A model generated the notes under the pieces. It made no database searches and was not told where the DNA came from. It saw only the letters and a list, made by a program, of their open reading frames with translations. DNA of 64,000 bases from Bacteroidales bacterium (lineage in GTDB: Bacteria; Bacteroidota; Bacteroidia; Bacteroidales; VadinHA17), in assembly GCA_034004025.1 (NCBI GenBank), contig JAVEXM010000001.1, positions 4,203 through 68,202 of the forward strand. Reading direction: 5' to 3'. The position numbers were made by a program, and so were the translations under genes. Below are positions 46,708-55,895 of the stretch, in pieces; the first letter of the stretch is position 1, and every line of letters starts with the position of its first letter.

Positions 46708-48228
46708 ATGGAGAGGCCTGACAATCTGATAATTGTGATTTTCGGAGGCAGGGGTGACCTGGCTATGAGGAAGATCGTGCCGGCGTTGTATGCTCTTCAT
46801 GTTGAGAATCTGATGCCTGAAAAGTATGCGGTGGTGGCGACGGGCAGGACCGGGGTTACTGATGAGGCATATCGCGGGGAGGTGAAAAAGAGCCTGGCCG
46901 CAGTAACGGAAGAAAAGTCCGGAACGAACACAGATGAGTTTGTTGCTTTATTTCATTACATCGATTTTGATACATCCGTTGCCGGTGACTACAACAAGCT
47001 TCCTGATTTTCTTGATATGATAAGGCAAAAGTTCACCCTTGGCGGAAACATACTTTTTTACCTCTCTGTTCCTCCTGATCTGTACGGTGTGATACCCCGC
47101 AATCTGGCCCTGCAGGGTCTGAACAATGAGGGTGACGGCTGGAAGAGGATGATCATTGAGAAGCCGTTCGGTTACGACTACAGGAGTGCGGAAAAACTTA
47201 ACAGCACTCTTCTTGAGACTTGGAACGAAAGTCAGATATTCCGCATTGATCATTACCTGGGCAAGGAGACGGTACAGAATATCCTTGTGACAAGATTCTC
47301 AAACGGCATCTTCGAACCCCTGTGGAACCGTAATTATGTACATCATGTAGAGATCACCTCCTCAGAGACACTGGGTGTTGAGATGAGGGGATCCTACTAT
47401 GAAGATTCCGGTGCTTTGCGTGACATGGTCCAGAACCATCTGCTGCATCTGGCGGGTTTCGTTGCCATGGAGCCGCCCTCGTCAATAGATTCAACCTCAA
47501 TCAGGAATGAACTTGTGAAGGTTTTTGAGTCGCTCAGGCCGATCAGCAGTGAGGAGGTTCACAGGAACGCCATACGCGGACAGTATACCGGGGCTCATGT
47601 CAGGGGGGAATGGCTGAAGGGATACCGTGAAGAGGTGAATGTGGACCCGGGCTCGATGACTGAGACATTTGCCGCACTTAAATTTTACATTGATAACTGG
47701 AGGTGGGGCGGGGTGCCCTTTTATATAAGAACAGGCAAGAGACTGCCGACACGTGTCACCGAGGCAGTGATACACTTCAAGCCGACACCTCACTACCTCT
47801 TCTCGGGTCAGAGCTTTTGCGATGGGTGTAACCAGCTCATCATAAGGATACAGCCTGATGAGGGTATCCTGTTAAAGTTCGGCATGAAAATCCCCGGTGC
47901 CGGGTTCAAGGTAAAGAACGTAAATATGGACTTTCACTACTCTGACCTTGCCGCCGAAAGGATACCCGAAGCGTATGAGAGACTTCTGTACGACTGCATG
48001 AAGGGTGATTCCACCCTCTATACCAGGTCAGACGCCGTGCTGGCTGCATGGAAGTTCCTTGACCCTGTGCTTGAAGCCTGGAAAAACGACGACTCAATTC
48101 CTGTTTACGGGTATCCTGCGGGGACCTGGGGTCCGGAGAAGGCTGATGACCTTATAGAGGAGCCCGAACTTACATGGAGATACCCATGTAAAAATCTTGC
48201 CGAAGATGGTGTTTATTGTGAATTATAA
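46708..48228 (+). CDS. zwf: glucose-6-phosphate dehydrogenase
   Basis: 506 aa with IFGGRGDLAMRK (NADP site) and the active-site RIDHYLGKE. Confidence 0.9.
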   Translation: MERPDNLIIVIFGGRGDLAMRKIVPALYALHVENLMPEKYAVVATGRTGVTDEAYRGEVKKSLAAVTEEKSGTNTDEFVALFHYIDFDTSVAGDYNKLPDFLDMIRQKFTLGGNILFYLSVPPDLYGVIPRNLALQGLNNEGDGWKRMIIEKPFGYDYRSAEKLNSTLLETWNESQIFRIDHYLGKETVQNILVTRFSNGIFEPLWNRNYVHHVEITSSETLGVEMRGSYYEDSGALRDMVQNHLLHLAGFVAMEPPSSIDSTSIRNELVKVFESLRPISSEEVHRNAIRGQYTGAHVRGEWLKGYREEVNVDPGSMTETFAALKFYIDNWRWGGVPFYIRTGKRLPTRVTEAVIHFKPTPHYLFSGQSFCDGCNQLIIRIQPDEGILLKFGMKIPGAGFKVKNVNMDFHYSDLAAERIPEAYERLLYDCMKGDSTLYTRSDAVLAAWKFLDPVLEAWKNDDSIPVYGYPAGTWGPEKADDLIEEPELTWRYPCKNLAEDGVYCEL

Positions 48229-48257
48229 TTAGTTTTATGTCCTGATTGTTGCAGAAC

Positions 48258-48989
48258 ATGTCATACTCAGTCAGAGTGTTCCCCGACCGCGAAGCCCTGG
48301 CGCAAAGTTTCGCTGCAATGCTGATCAAGGATCTTGACAGGATTGAACCCGACCATTACTACACCGTTGCGCTCTCAGGCGGTTCAACGCCGGAGTTTAT
48401 CTTCAAATATATCTCGGACAATTATGCTGACAGGATAAGCTGGGGTAAGATGCTGGTTTTCTGGGGCGATGAGCGATGCGTCGGCCCGGACGACAGTGAG
48501 AGCAACTTCCGTATGGCTTATGACAGCCTGTTGCAGAACGTGCCTATCCCCGATGCCAATATTCTCAGGATCAGGGGAGAGGATGATCCGGATGCAGAAG
48601 CCAAACAGTATTCTGAACTTGTCAGCTCGATGATCCCCTTCTTCAACGGGACTCCGCAGTTTGACCTGATGCTGCTGGGTGTCGGAGATGACGGTCACAC
48701 TGCATCGGTCTTCCCTGACAGGCCTGATCTCTTTGCTACAGCACGTCTCTTCGATGTGGCGGTTCATCCCGGCACCGGCCTCAGGAGGATCACGGCCACC
48801 GGACGGCTTATCAACAACTCATCCAAAGTATACTATATAGTTACAGGCAAGGGCAAGGCCTCCATCGTTTCGGAGATAGTGGAAAAGAAGCCCGGGTCCG
48901 AGAGGTATCCGGCATCATGGGTCAAGCCGGGTTCGGGTCAGCTGTTGTGGATGCTGGACGTTGAGGCTGCTTCGTTGCTGAAGAAATAG
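48258..48989 (+). CDS. pgl: 6-phosphogluconolactonase
   Basis: LSGGSTP and LLGVGDDGHTASVFP motifs. I prefer the ATG at 48258 over the TTG at 48246. Confidence 0.8.
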   Translation: MSYSVRVFPDREALAQSFAAMLIKDLDRIEPDHYYTVALSGGSTPEFIFKYISDNYADRISWGKMLVFWGDERCVGPDDSESNFRMAYDSLLQNVPIPDANILRIRGEDDPDAEAKQYSELVSSMIPFFNGTPQFDLMLLGVGDDGHTASVFPDRPDLFATARLFDVAVHPGTGLRRITATGRLINNSSKVYYIVTGKGKASIVSEIVEKKPGSERYPASWVKPGSGQLLWMLDVEAASLLKK

Positions 48990-49019
48990 TCACACTACAA
49001 TCAAACTAACCAACTCTAT

Positions 49020-50159
49020 ATGATCGCAGGTATTCTTAAAGAGACAGGGAAGGAAAACAGGGTCGCACTCCTTCCCGGTGAAGCGGCAGCATTGAAAAAG
49101 CTCGGACTTGAAATTATGGTTGAGCATGGAGCCGGTGAGAGAGCATTTGCCCCGGACAGTGAATACCAGGCTGCCGGCGTCTCACCCACATCGAGGAATG
49201 AGATTCTCTCCAAAGCAGATCTCCTCCTGTGCATCAATCCTCCGGTGGCTGAGAATGTCGGCAACTTCAGGGCAGGACAGATTCTCTGTACTATCCTTGA
49301 CCCGGTTGAAAACAGGGAGTGGCTGGAAAAGATCAGGCAGAGGGAAGTTACCCTTCTTGCCCTTGACCTTGTGCCCAGGATCACCAGGGCACAGTCGATG
49401 GACATCCTCTCTTCAATGGCTACGGTATCAGGTTACAAGGCGGTGCTGGAGGCTGCCTCCCTGCTGCCCCGGTTTTTCCCGATGTTCATGACGGCCGCCG
49501 GAACCATCAAGCCTGCGCGAATGCTGATACTGGGTGCCGGCGTTGCCGGACTCCAGGCTATAGCCATAGCCCGTAAGCTGGGGGCTGTGGTTGAGGTTTT
49601 TGATGTAAGGTCGGCTGTGAAGGAGGAGGTGAAGAGCCTGGGTGGCAAATTTGTCGAGGTAGAGGGAGCGGTTGAGGATGCTTCCGCCGGCGGCTATGCC
49701 GTGGAACAGACGGAGGAATTCAAACGGCGCCAGCAGGAGCTCATCCAGCAACGCGCTGCCGCCGCTGACGTGATCATCGCCACAGCACAGATACCCGGCA
49801 GAAGGGCCCCGGTACTGATCCTGAAGGAGACAGTGGCCAGAATGAAGCCGGGGTCAGTGATCATTGACCTCGCAGCCTCGTCAGGTGGCAACTGTGAGCT
49901 TACAGAAAACGGCGTTGCCGTTAATGCCAACGGGGTCACAATAATAGGAAAATCAAACTATCCCTCGGAGATGCCGTCCGATGCCAGCCGGATGTTCGGC
50001 AACAACATAATCAATCTCCTCAAAATCATGGTTGACAGGGAGGGGAATATCGTGCCGGATATGGCAGACGAGGTCATCTTCGGTACCACGGCGGTGCACG
50101 GCGGAGAGTATGTCAGTCCAAGGGTAAAACAGATGCTTGATATAAAACAAACTGCATAA
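49020..50159 (+). CDS. pntAA: NAD(P) transhydrogenase subunit alpha, part 1 (dI)
   Basis: 379 aa, alanine-dehydrogenase/PNT-like, with the Rossmann motif ILGAGVAGLQAIA. Confidence 0.85.
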   Translation: MIAGILKETGKENRVALLPGEAAALKKLGLEIMVEHGAGERAFAPDSEYQAAGVSPTSRNEILSKADLLLCINPPVAENVGNFRAGQILCTILDPVENREWLEKIRQREVTLLALDLVPRITRAQSMDILSSMATVSGYKAVLEAASLLPRFFPMFMTAAGTIKPARMLILGAGVAGLQAIAIARKLGAVVEVFDVRSAVKEEVKSLGGKFVEVEGAVEDASAGGYAVEQTEEFKRRQQELIQQRAAAADVIIATAQIPGRRAPVLILKETVARMKPGSVIIDLAASSGGNCELTENGVAVNANGVTIIGKSNYPSEMPSDASRMFGNNIINLLKIMVDREGNIVPDMADEVIFGTTAVHGGEYVSPRVKQMLDIKQTA

Positions 50160-50461
50160 TGGAAGGATTTCTTGAATTTTTTATGGCGAACAGGGGCATC
50201 ATCTACATGGTGATTCTCTCAATATTCCTGGGCATAGAGGTTATAAGCCATGTGCCTGCAATACTCCACACCCCGCTGATGTCAGGTGCAAACGCCATCC
50301 ACGGGGTCGTAATTATCGGAGCTATTATTGTCATGGGCCATGCAGAGACCACCGGGGCAATGATCCTCGGTTTTCTCGCCGTTGTGCTCGGCACGCTGAA
50401 CGTTGTTGGCGGTTTTGTCGTCACCGACAGGATGCTTGAGATGTTTAAAAAGAAAAAATAA
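50159..50461 (+). CDS. pntAB: NAD(P) transhydrogenase subunit alpha, part 2 (membrane)
   Basis: 100 aa with three hydrophobic helices. Its ATG overlaps the pntAA stop by 1 nt. Confidence 0.8.
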   Translation: MEGFLEFFMANRGIIYMVILSIFLGIEVISHVPAILHTPLMSGANAIHGVVIIGAIIVMGHAETTGAMILGFLAVVLGTLNVVGGFVVTDRMLEMFKKKK

Positions 50462-50497
50462 CCCTGATTTATCCCGGTCGCTGCAAATAGTCGCACT

Positions 50498-51934
50498 ATG
50501 AATGATGTTTCCCAGTTTTCAGCAGGTGTCTCGGTGCTTGAGATAACCTATATAATTGCCTCTGTCTTTTTCATCCTCGGATTGAAGATGCTCAGTCATC
50601 CCCTCACGGCAAGGAGGGGCAATATTATTGCTGCCATCGGCATGATCCTGGCCATTGCTGCCACCATACTGTTCCACCAGAAAGATGGGGCACCGATTGG
50701 CAATATAGGATGGATCCTGGCCGCCATGATTATCGGTACCGCCATCGGATGGATCATAGCCGTAAAGGTGAAGATGACAGCGATGCCTCAGCTGGTCTCT
50801 TTCTTTAACGGTATGGGAGGCGCTGCCGCTGCCCTCATATCAATGATGGAGTTCCCGCACATCAGCAGCGAACTTATTGCACGAACAGGCATGGCTAACG
50901 GTCATGTCCTGGCTATACTTCTGGGCCTGGTGATTGGGTCGGTCTCATGGTCCGGCAGCATGATCGCCTTTGGTAAGCTTGACGGCTGGATAGGTGATCT
51001 GAGGGTCAAGGCAATGAAATATGTCAATGTTACGATCCTGGTTTTTATAATCGCCTTTATTGCTTACATAATGACCCGTGACGTACAGGCCTCCTCGGAG
51101 CTGACTCCCCTGATACTGATTCTCTTTGCCGTTGCTGTTGCCTACGGGGTGCTCTTCGTGATGCCCATCGGCGGTGCTGACATGCCGGTGGTGATATCGC
51201 TGCTCAACAGCTTCACCGGCGTAGCGGCAGCTATGGGCGGATTCCTCTACAGTAACCAGGCGATGCTTACCGGCGGGATACTTGTCGGATCAGCAGGAAC
51301 CATACTCACAATACTGATGTGCCGCGCCATGAACCGCTCACTGCTCAATGTCATCGTCGGTGTCTTCGGTGGCGGCGGAGCGGCCGCAGCAGCAGAGGGT
51401 GGCACCGTAAAGGAGATAACCGTGTCAGACGCCGCCGTGCTGCTAAGCTATTCAAAGAAGGTGGTGATAGTGCCGGGCTACGGACTGGCAGTGGCACAGG
51501 CACAGCATATATGCCATGAGCTGGACAAGCTTCTGGATGAGAAAGGGGTGGAGGTGAAGTATGCAATTCACCCTGTGGCAGGACGTATGCCCGGCCATAT
51601 GAACGTACTGATGGCTGAGGCCGATGTTCCCTATGAACAGCTGGTTGAGAGCGACGAGGTCAATCCCGACCTTCCCAACACCGACGTGATCGTGGTCATC
51701 GGTGCCAATGACGTTGTTAACCCGGCCGCCGAGGATGATCCTTCGAGCCCGATCTTCGGTATGCCCATCGTAAGGGCACGTGACGCCAGAAACATCATCG
51801 TCATGAAGCGGGGAATGGGTAAGGGCTACGCTGCCATAGAGAACATGCTCTTTTTCAACGACAAGACCCGAATGCTCTTCGGTGATGCCAAGAGCACACT
51901 GCAGGCACTGGTTACGGAGGTAAAGGCGTTGTAG
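50498..51934 (+). CDS. pntB: NAD(P) transhydrogenase subunit beta
   Basis: 478 aa with a polytopic N-terminal part and a C-terminal dIII domain (VPGYGLAVAQAQH...GANDVVNPAA). Confidence 0.9.
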   Translation: MNDVSQFSAGVSVLEITYIIASVFFILGLKMLSHPLTARRGNIIAAIGMILAIAATILFHQKDGAPIGNIGWILAAMIIGTAIGWIIAVKVKMTAMPQLVSFFNGMGGAAAALISMMEFPHISSELIARTGMANGHVLAILLGLVIGSVSWSGSMIAFGKLDGWIGDLRVKAMKYVNVTILVFIIAFIAYIMTRDVQASSELTPLILILFAVAVAYGVLFVMPIGGADMPVVISLLNSFTGVAAAMGGFLYSNQAMLTGGILVGSAGTILTILMCRAMNRSLLNVIVGVFGGGGAAAAAEGGTVKEITVSDAAVLLSYSKKVVIVPGYGLAVAQAQHICHELDKLLDEKGVEVKYAIHPVAGRMPGHMNVLMAEADVPYEQLVESDEVNPDLPNTDVIVVIGANDVVNPAAEDDPSSPIFGMPIVRARDARNIIVMKRGMGKGYAAIENMLFFNDKTRMLFGDAKSTLQALVTEVKAL

Positions 51935-51936
51935 GG

Positions 51937-52031
51937 CAGTCGGCAGTCAGCAGTCGGCAGTCGGCAGTCGGCAGTCGGCAGTCAGTAACTAATTGATTGA
52001 CTGCCGACTGAAGGCTGAAGACTGAAGACTG
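51937..52031. repeat. CAGT/ACTG-core heptamer array, locus 3 (7 CAGT-oriented units, 12-nt spacer, 5 ACTG-oriented units) forming a 13-bp perfect hairpin
   Basis: cagtcgg cagtcag cagtcgg x4 cagtcag | taactaattgat | tgactg ccgactg aaggctg aagactg aagactg. The stem pairs 51972-51984 with 51998-52010. The array begins 3 nt after the pntB stop and ends 1 nt before the stop of the convergent gene. Confidence 0.9.
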
Positions 52032-52032
52032 A

Positions 52033-53139
52033 CTATCTCGCCAGATCCTTAATGACGTCAGAAATGTGCCCCCAATACCTTTTGTGGAACTTCAGGCTCT
52101 TTTTGCCCAGCATTGAATGATATGTCTGCGGCTCGTCTTCCGGGGCGAATTTAACTTTTGCACGGTCTTCATACAGTGATGACACCTCGGGGTGAAACTG
52201 CACCGCAAAGACATTCGGATACCTGACATGGGCTATCCCCTCTACCACCTTGCCATCCATCGAGAGGGCGGTAATATCAAAACAGAGAGCCACATTTTTT
52301 ACAGACTGGTGATGATGGCTGTAAACAAGTGGCTGAATGCTTCGCGATACCTTTACGGTTTTCCCGAAGAATCCGTGCTCAGTGAACCTGACCGGATGAA
52401 TGCTGCTGCTCATGTAGTCAGGACCTTCCTTCACTTTCTGCCAGTTGTTCCGATGCTGGTTGTCACGGTCGATCAGTACATGTGTCTCCGGCCTGTAGCT
52501 ACCGTATATCTGTGCAGGGATATCCTGGTACAGGGTGCCACCGGCAGCCACGTTCATTGTCTGCATCCCCAGGCAGAAGCCTGTTACCAGGTAGTCAGGC
52601 TTTTCAGTGAGCAACGGTGTGTAGGTTGTGTTCCGTGTGCTTCCCAGAAGATGAAACAGAAAGGTTACCTCAAAAAAATGTCTCCCCGGGTCACCGGTCT
52701 CGGAATACCAGTTTTCCTCACCGTAGACTGACGGAGGAATGTCCTCTCCTCCAAAGAAGAGGACTCCTACGGAATTTTTGAAAATCAGACGGAGGTCGTC
52801 ACTGCATGGGTTCTCCCTGTAAAGAAGATCCTCTGTAAGCGGTCCCTTGACTTCGTGAAGGTGATAATCCTTCATGCCGACGGAATCGATATACTTTGCC
52901 GATTTGGAGAAATCGTATTTCTGACTGGAGTGCCAGACACCCACAAAATCTATAATGTCGGTATTAATATCAAGCAGTCCGTTTTTCACAAGGTAATCAA
53001 CAACTCCGATGTTACCGACGGTTGGGTTTACCAGGATGACATAATCTTTCTCCCTGCTGAACTCTGCACGGAAGAAGTTCTGTGCGGAGAGAGGGATAAA
53101 CAGCGAGAAAATCGCCAGGCAGAGGAACAGTTTTTTCAT
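52033..53139 (-). CDS. exported class-I glutamine amidotransferase-like / peptidase C26 (gamma-glutamyl hydrolase-type) protein
   Basis: 368 aa with a signal peptide (MKKLFLCLAIFSLFIPLSAQ). It has the nucleophile region GFCLGMQTMNVAAGG, then HHQSV and QFHPE. Confidence 0.7.
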   Translation of the reverse strand: MKKLFLCLAIFSLFIPLSAQNFFRAEFSREKDYVILVNPTVGNIGVVDYLVKNGLLDINTDIIDFVGVWHSSQKYDFSKSAKYIDSVGMKDYHLHEVKGPLTEDLLYRENPCSDDLRLIFKNSVGVLFFGGEDIPPSVYGEENWYSETGDPGRHFFEVTFLFHLLGSTRNTTYTPLLTEKPDYLVTGFCLGMQTMNVAAGGTLYQDIPAQIYGSYRPETHVLIDRDNQHRNNWQKVKEGPDYMSSSIHPVRFTEHGFFGKTVKVSRSIQPLVYSHHHQSVKNVALCFDITALSMDGKVVEGIAHVRYPNVFAVQFHPEVSSLYEDRAKVKFAPEDEPQTYHSMLGKKSLKFHKRYWGHISDVIKDLAR

Positions 53140-53170
53140 GCTGCAAATATTTATGCGGTAAAAGTAAATT

Positions 53171-54646
53171 TTATTCCGTTACAATACGCTCGTTATCACC
53201 CAGGTATTCAGTTCTGGGATTTTGATTGTTGAATGATGACATCATTTTATAAACTGCCGGTATCTGCCACGACAGTCGGCTCAGGATATCGGCCGGTATT
53301 GAACTGCGGCTGAAGGGTACCGCTTTGACATATTCCTGCAAATCGCCTGCCTTGCGGCCATATTTGTATTCATAGGTGAATGAACCGTCATCACGCAGTA
53401 CCGCATTCCTGTTCAGGATATTCGGTACGCTGACGTAGAATTCGCTCTCTGCTTTTTCGGAGTTGCTGAGGAGGCCTTTGACTGACAGGTGGTCATAGAG
53501 CTGGTCGGCGACAACCGAAGCCGGGTTGACCAGGATCAGGTCCTCTGCTATCAGTGATCGATAAACATATTCGCCGTTTTCACGGTGGTTCCTCAGCCGT
53601 TCAAACTCCTCCCTGAATGTCTCAAGGAAAAAGGGATAATGGGTGCATGCCAGCACTACCGAGTTAAGAGGCAGGGCGTCAGGGCTGTTCCTGATCTTTT
53701 CCATCAGGCTCACAACATGGAAGGCTATATAGTTCTCCACCGAGTTGATCTGAATGTTTTCCGGAGCTGCAGCGTCACCTTCAAAGAGCATCGCACCGTT
53801 TTCAAGGTCGAAATCGTAACGGTCCCACAACCGGAGATCTATCTTCATCTCACCGGAGCAGGTGTCTGAGGGTCCCCTGTAACCCGGACGGGGTGCGGTG
53901 GCTCTCCTGTCAATAGCCTCTGCGCTCTCATCTATGGCCTCAGCAATGCCTATGCCCGCCTGCTGGAATACCATGATATTCTCTTCCTGTCCGTCGGCTT
54001 TGTTAACCCTGGTGATGCTCGCGGGATAAGCTCCTGACTTCACCGTTCCGTCGGTGGCCATTACAGCGATTGTGCCATTCTCTCCCGGGGAAAAATTTCC
54101 GAAAGCACCCAATGCCCCCGCATCAACCACACCAATGACGCCGATGTCTGATCCGGCCTGAGACAGAAATTGCCTGACGGTGTCGAGACCATATGCGGTT
54201 GCAGTGTTGCATGCAATAACTATTGCCTTGACAGGACTCTTGTCAGTCTCATACCTTCGCGCATCACCTGAGCGGTAGTATTTATTGCCCAGGAGAAACT
54301 GAACATCTTTCATGATATGTTCAATCAGAAGCGGCGTGTTGTTCTCGAGGGCATAGCTTCCGTAGGGCATATTGGCAAGATCGCCGTAGTATATATAAGA
54401 TTCCCTCGCAAGCTCCTCATGGTCAATTATATCAGCCAGAACCGACAGTCCTCCGGTCCCTGAGTCGAAAACCCCGATCGGCAGCGCACTGTTGCCTGAA
54501 GGATAATTCTTAAAGTCGATATGCCAGAAACTGTCAGGGTGGTTCATTATGGCATCCCTGATTCCGCCGGGTTTGTCACACGAGATGAAGATCAGCAGCA
54601 GCAGGGCAATTGGGATGATGCGCTTAAGGAACAGGAATTGTTTCAT
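53171..54646 (-). CDS. Asp/Glu racemase family (glutamate-racemase-like) protein with a lipoprotein-type signal and large insertions
   Basis: 491 aa with N-terminal ..LLLLIFISC DKPG. All four MurI-type motifs are present: GVFDSGTGGLSVL, YYGDLANMPYG, VIACNTAT and LACTHYPF. Confidence 0.7.
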   Translation of the reverse strand: MKQFLFLKRIIPIALLLLIFISCDKPGGIRDAIMNHPDSFWHIDFKNYPSGNSALPIGVFDSGTGGLSVLADIIDHEELARESYIYYGDLANMPYGSYALENNTPLLIEHIMKDVQFLLGNKYYRSGDARRYETDKSPVKAIVIACNTATAYGLDTVRQFLSQAGSDIGVIGVVDAGALGAFGNFSPGENGTIAVMATDGTVKSGAYPASITRVNKADGQEENIMVFQQAGIGIAEAIDESAEAIDRRATAPRPGYRGPSDTCSGEMKIDLRLWDRYDFDLENGAMLFEGDAAAPENIQINSVENYIAFHVVSLMEKIRNSPDALPLNSVVLACTHYPFFLETFREEFERLRNHRENGEYVYRSLIAEDLILVNPASVVADQLYDHLSVKGLLSNSEKAESEFYVSVPNILNRNAVLRDDGSFTYEYKYGRKAGDLQEYVKAVPFSRSSIPADILSRLSWQIPAVYKMMSSFNNQNPRTEYLGDNERIVTE

Positions 54647-54802
54647 GCAGGTCAGGATTTAGGTTAATTCCATTGCATAAATGTAACATCACGGACGGAA
54701 TTTGCAATGCAGAATGCTGTGCAACATTTGCCGGATTATGACGCTTCAAGCATCCCGGATAATAAATTTGTGCCCTGATAAATCTTTGCATTAAAAAATC
54801 AC

Positions 54803-54810
54803 TATTTTTG
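54803..54810 (+). promoter_or_regulatory. Bacteroidota -7 promoter motif (TAnnTTTG) abutting box 1 upstream of arsR
   Basis: TATTTTTG at 54803-54810. Its last base is the first base of the inverted repeat. Confidence 0.5.
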
Positions 54811-54829
54811 TTTCGTCGTTTCCCGAAAT
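54810..54829. promoter_or_regulatory. inverted-repeat box 1 (GTTTCG-N8-CGAAAT), candidate ArsR operator
   Basis: gtttcg tcgtttcc cgaaat, ending 3 nt before the arsR ATG. This is one of three near-identical boxes. Confidence 0.6.
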
Positions 54830-54832
54830 GAA

Positions 54833-55150
54833 ATGGAAGCTAAACAGGCCAGAAAAAAATATTATTCGGATGATCAGGAGAAGCTGGCGGGGTATGCCAA
54901 AGCACTGTCTCACCCGGTGCGGGTATTCGTAATGGATTTTCTGGCAAACAATCTCGACAAATGCTGTTACAGCGGTGATATGGCGGAGGAACTGCCCATT
55001 GCCCGTTCGACCCTGTCGGAACATCTGAAGGAGTTGAAGAAGGCGGGACTGATACAGGGCGAGATCAACCCACCCTATATTAAATACTGCATCAACAGGG
55101 AGAATTGGGACGAGGCAAAATTGTTACTGAATAAATTTTTCAAGCGATAA
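54833..55150 (+). CDS. arsR: ArsR/SmtB family metalloregulatory transcriptional repressor
   Basis: 105 aa with a winged HTH (LSHPVRVFVMDFL...IARSTLSEHLKELKKAGLI). A vicinal Cys pair (DKCCYSGD) sits at the position of the ELCVCDL metal(loid) site. Confidence 0.85.
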   Translation: MEAKQARKKYYSDDQEKLAGYAKALSHPVRVFVMDFLANNLDKCCYSGDMAEELPIARSTLSEHLKELKKAGLIQGEINPPYIKYCINRENWDEAKLLLNKFFKR

Positions 55151-55165
55151 AAAATTTAATATAGT

Positions 55166-55185
55166 ATTTCGGCGTTTTACGAAAT
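55166..55185. promoter_or_regulatory. inverted-repeat box 2 (ATTTCG-N8-CGAAAT), candidate ArsR operator
   Basis: atttcg gcgtttta cgaaat, ending 18 nt before the ATG at 55204. Confidence 0.6.
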
Positions 55186-55203
55186 GAAAGGAGAATAATC
55201 AAT

Positions 55204-55437
55204 ATGGAAATTAAAATCCTGGGGCCCGGGTGCCCCAAATGCAAAACCCTGGAGAAACTGACATACGAAGTGGTTGAACAGAATGGAATAGAGGCGACGG
55301 TCTCCAAGGTAGAGGACATTGTAGCCATAATGAACTACGGTGTCATGACAACCCCGGCCCTTGTGGTCAATGAGAAGGTTGTTCTGAAGGGACGGTTACC
55401 GTCAGCAGAAGAACTTAAGAAGCTACTAACCAACTAA
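55204..55437 (+). CDS. small thioredoxin-fold redox-active disulfide protein (CPKC)
   Basis: 77 aa. MEIKILGPGCPKCKTLE is typical of the 'redox-active disulfide protein 2' type of mini-thioredoxin. Confidence 0.85.
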   Translation: MEIKILGPGCPKCKTLEKLTYEVVEQNGIEATVSKVEDIVAIMNYGVMTTPALVVNEKVVLKGRLPSAEELKKLLTN

Positions 55438-55451
55438 ATAATTGCAGGTTT

Positions 55452-55892
55452 ATGAAAAAGGTAATCTGGATTTCAATAGTTGTTCTGGCTCTCGTTGCCT
55501 TCCTGGCTTTCAGGCCGGGTGGTAAAGCAGATGTCAGTTCTGATGCGGCCGTAACAGCAGCAGACAAGGTGGAAGTAATTTATTTTCACTTCTCACGCAG
55601 ATGCGTAACCTGTATGGCAGTTGAGAACAAGACCCGTGAGGCCATAATGGCGCTTTATCCTGATGAATACAATAAGGGCACGATCACCTTCGCCTCGTTA
55701 AATCTTGAGGATGAAAAGAACAAGCCCGTTGCCGAAAAGGCAAAGGTCACAGGGCAGGCATTGCTCATCATGAGCGGGGAGTTCAGGAAAGACCTTACAG
55801 CCGACGGATTTATGTATGCCAACAACAACTTTGACAGGTGGAAGGCTGAGATCAAAAAGGCAATCGATCCTCTCCTGAAAGAGATTAAATAG
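55452..55892 (+). CDS. membrane-anchored thioredoxin-fold CXXC protein (resembles the family annotated as ArsF-like)
   Basis: 146 aa with an N-terminal TM anchor and a CVTC motif in YFHFSRRCVTCMAVE. The ArsF-family label is from memory of annotation practice and has not been verified. Confidence 0.6.
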   Translation: MKKVIWISIVVLALVAFLAFRPGGKADVSSDAAVTAADKVEVIYFHFSRRCVTCMAVENKTREAIMALYPDEYNKGTITFASLNLEDEKNKPVAEKAKVTGQALLIMSGEFRKDLTADGFMYANNNFDRWKAEIKKAIDPLLKEIK

Positions 55893-55895
55893 TGC

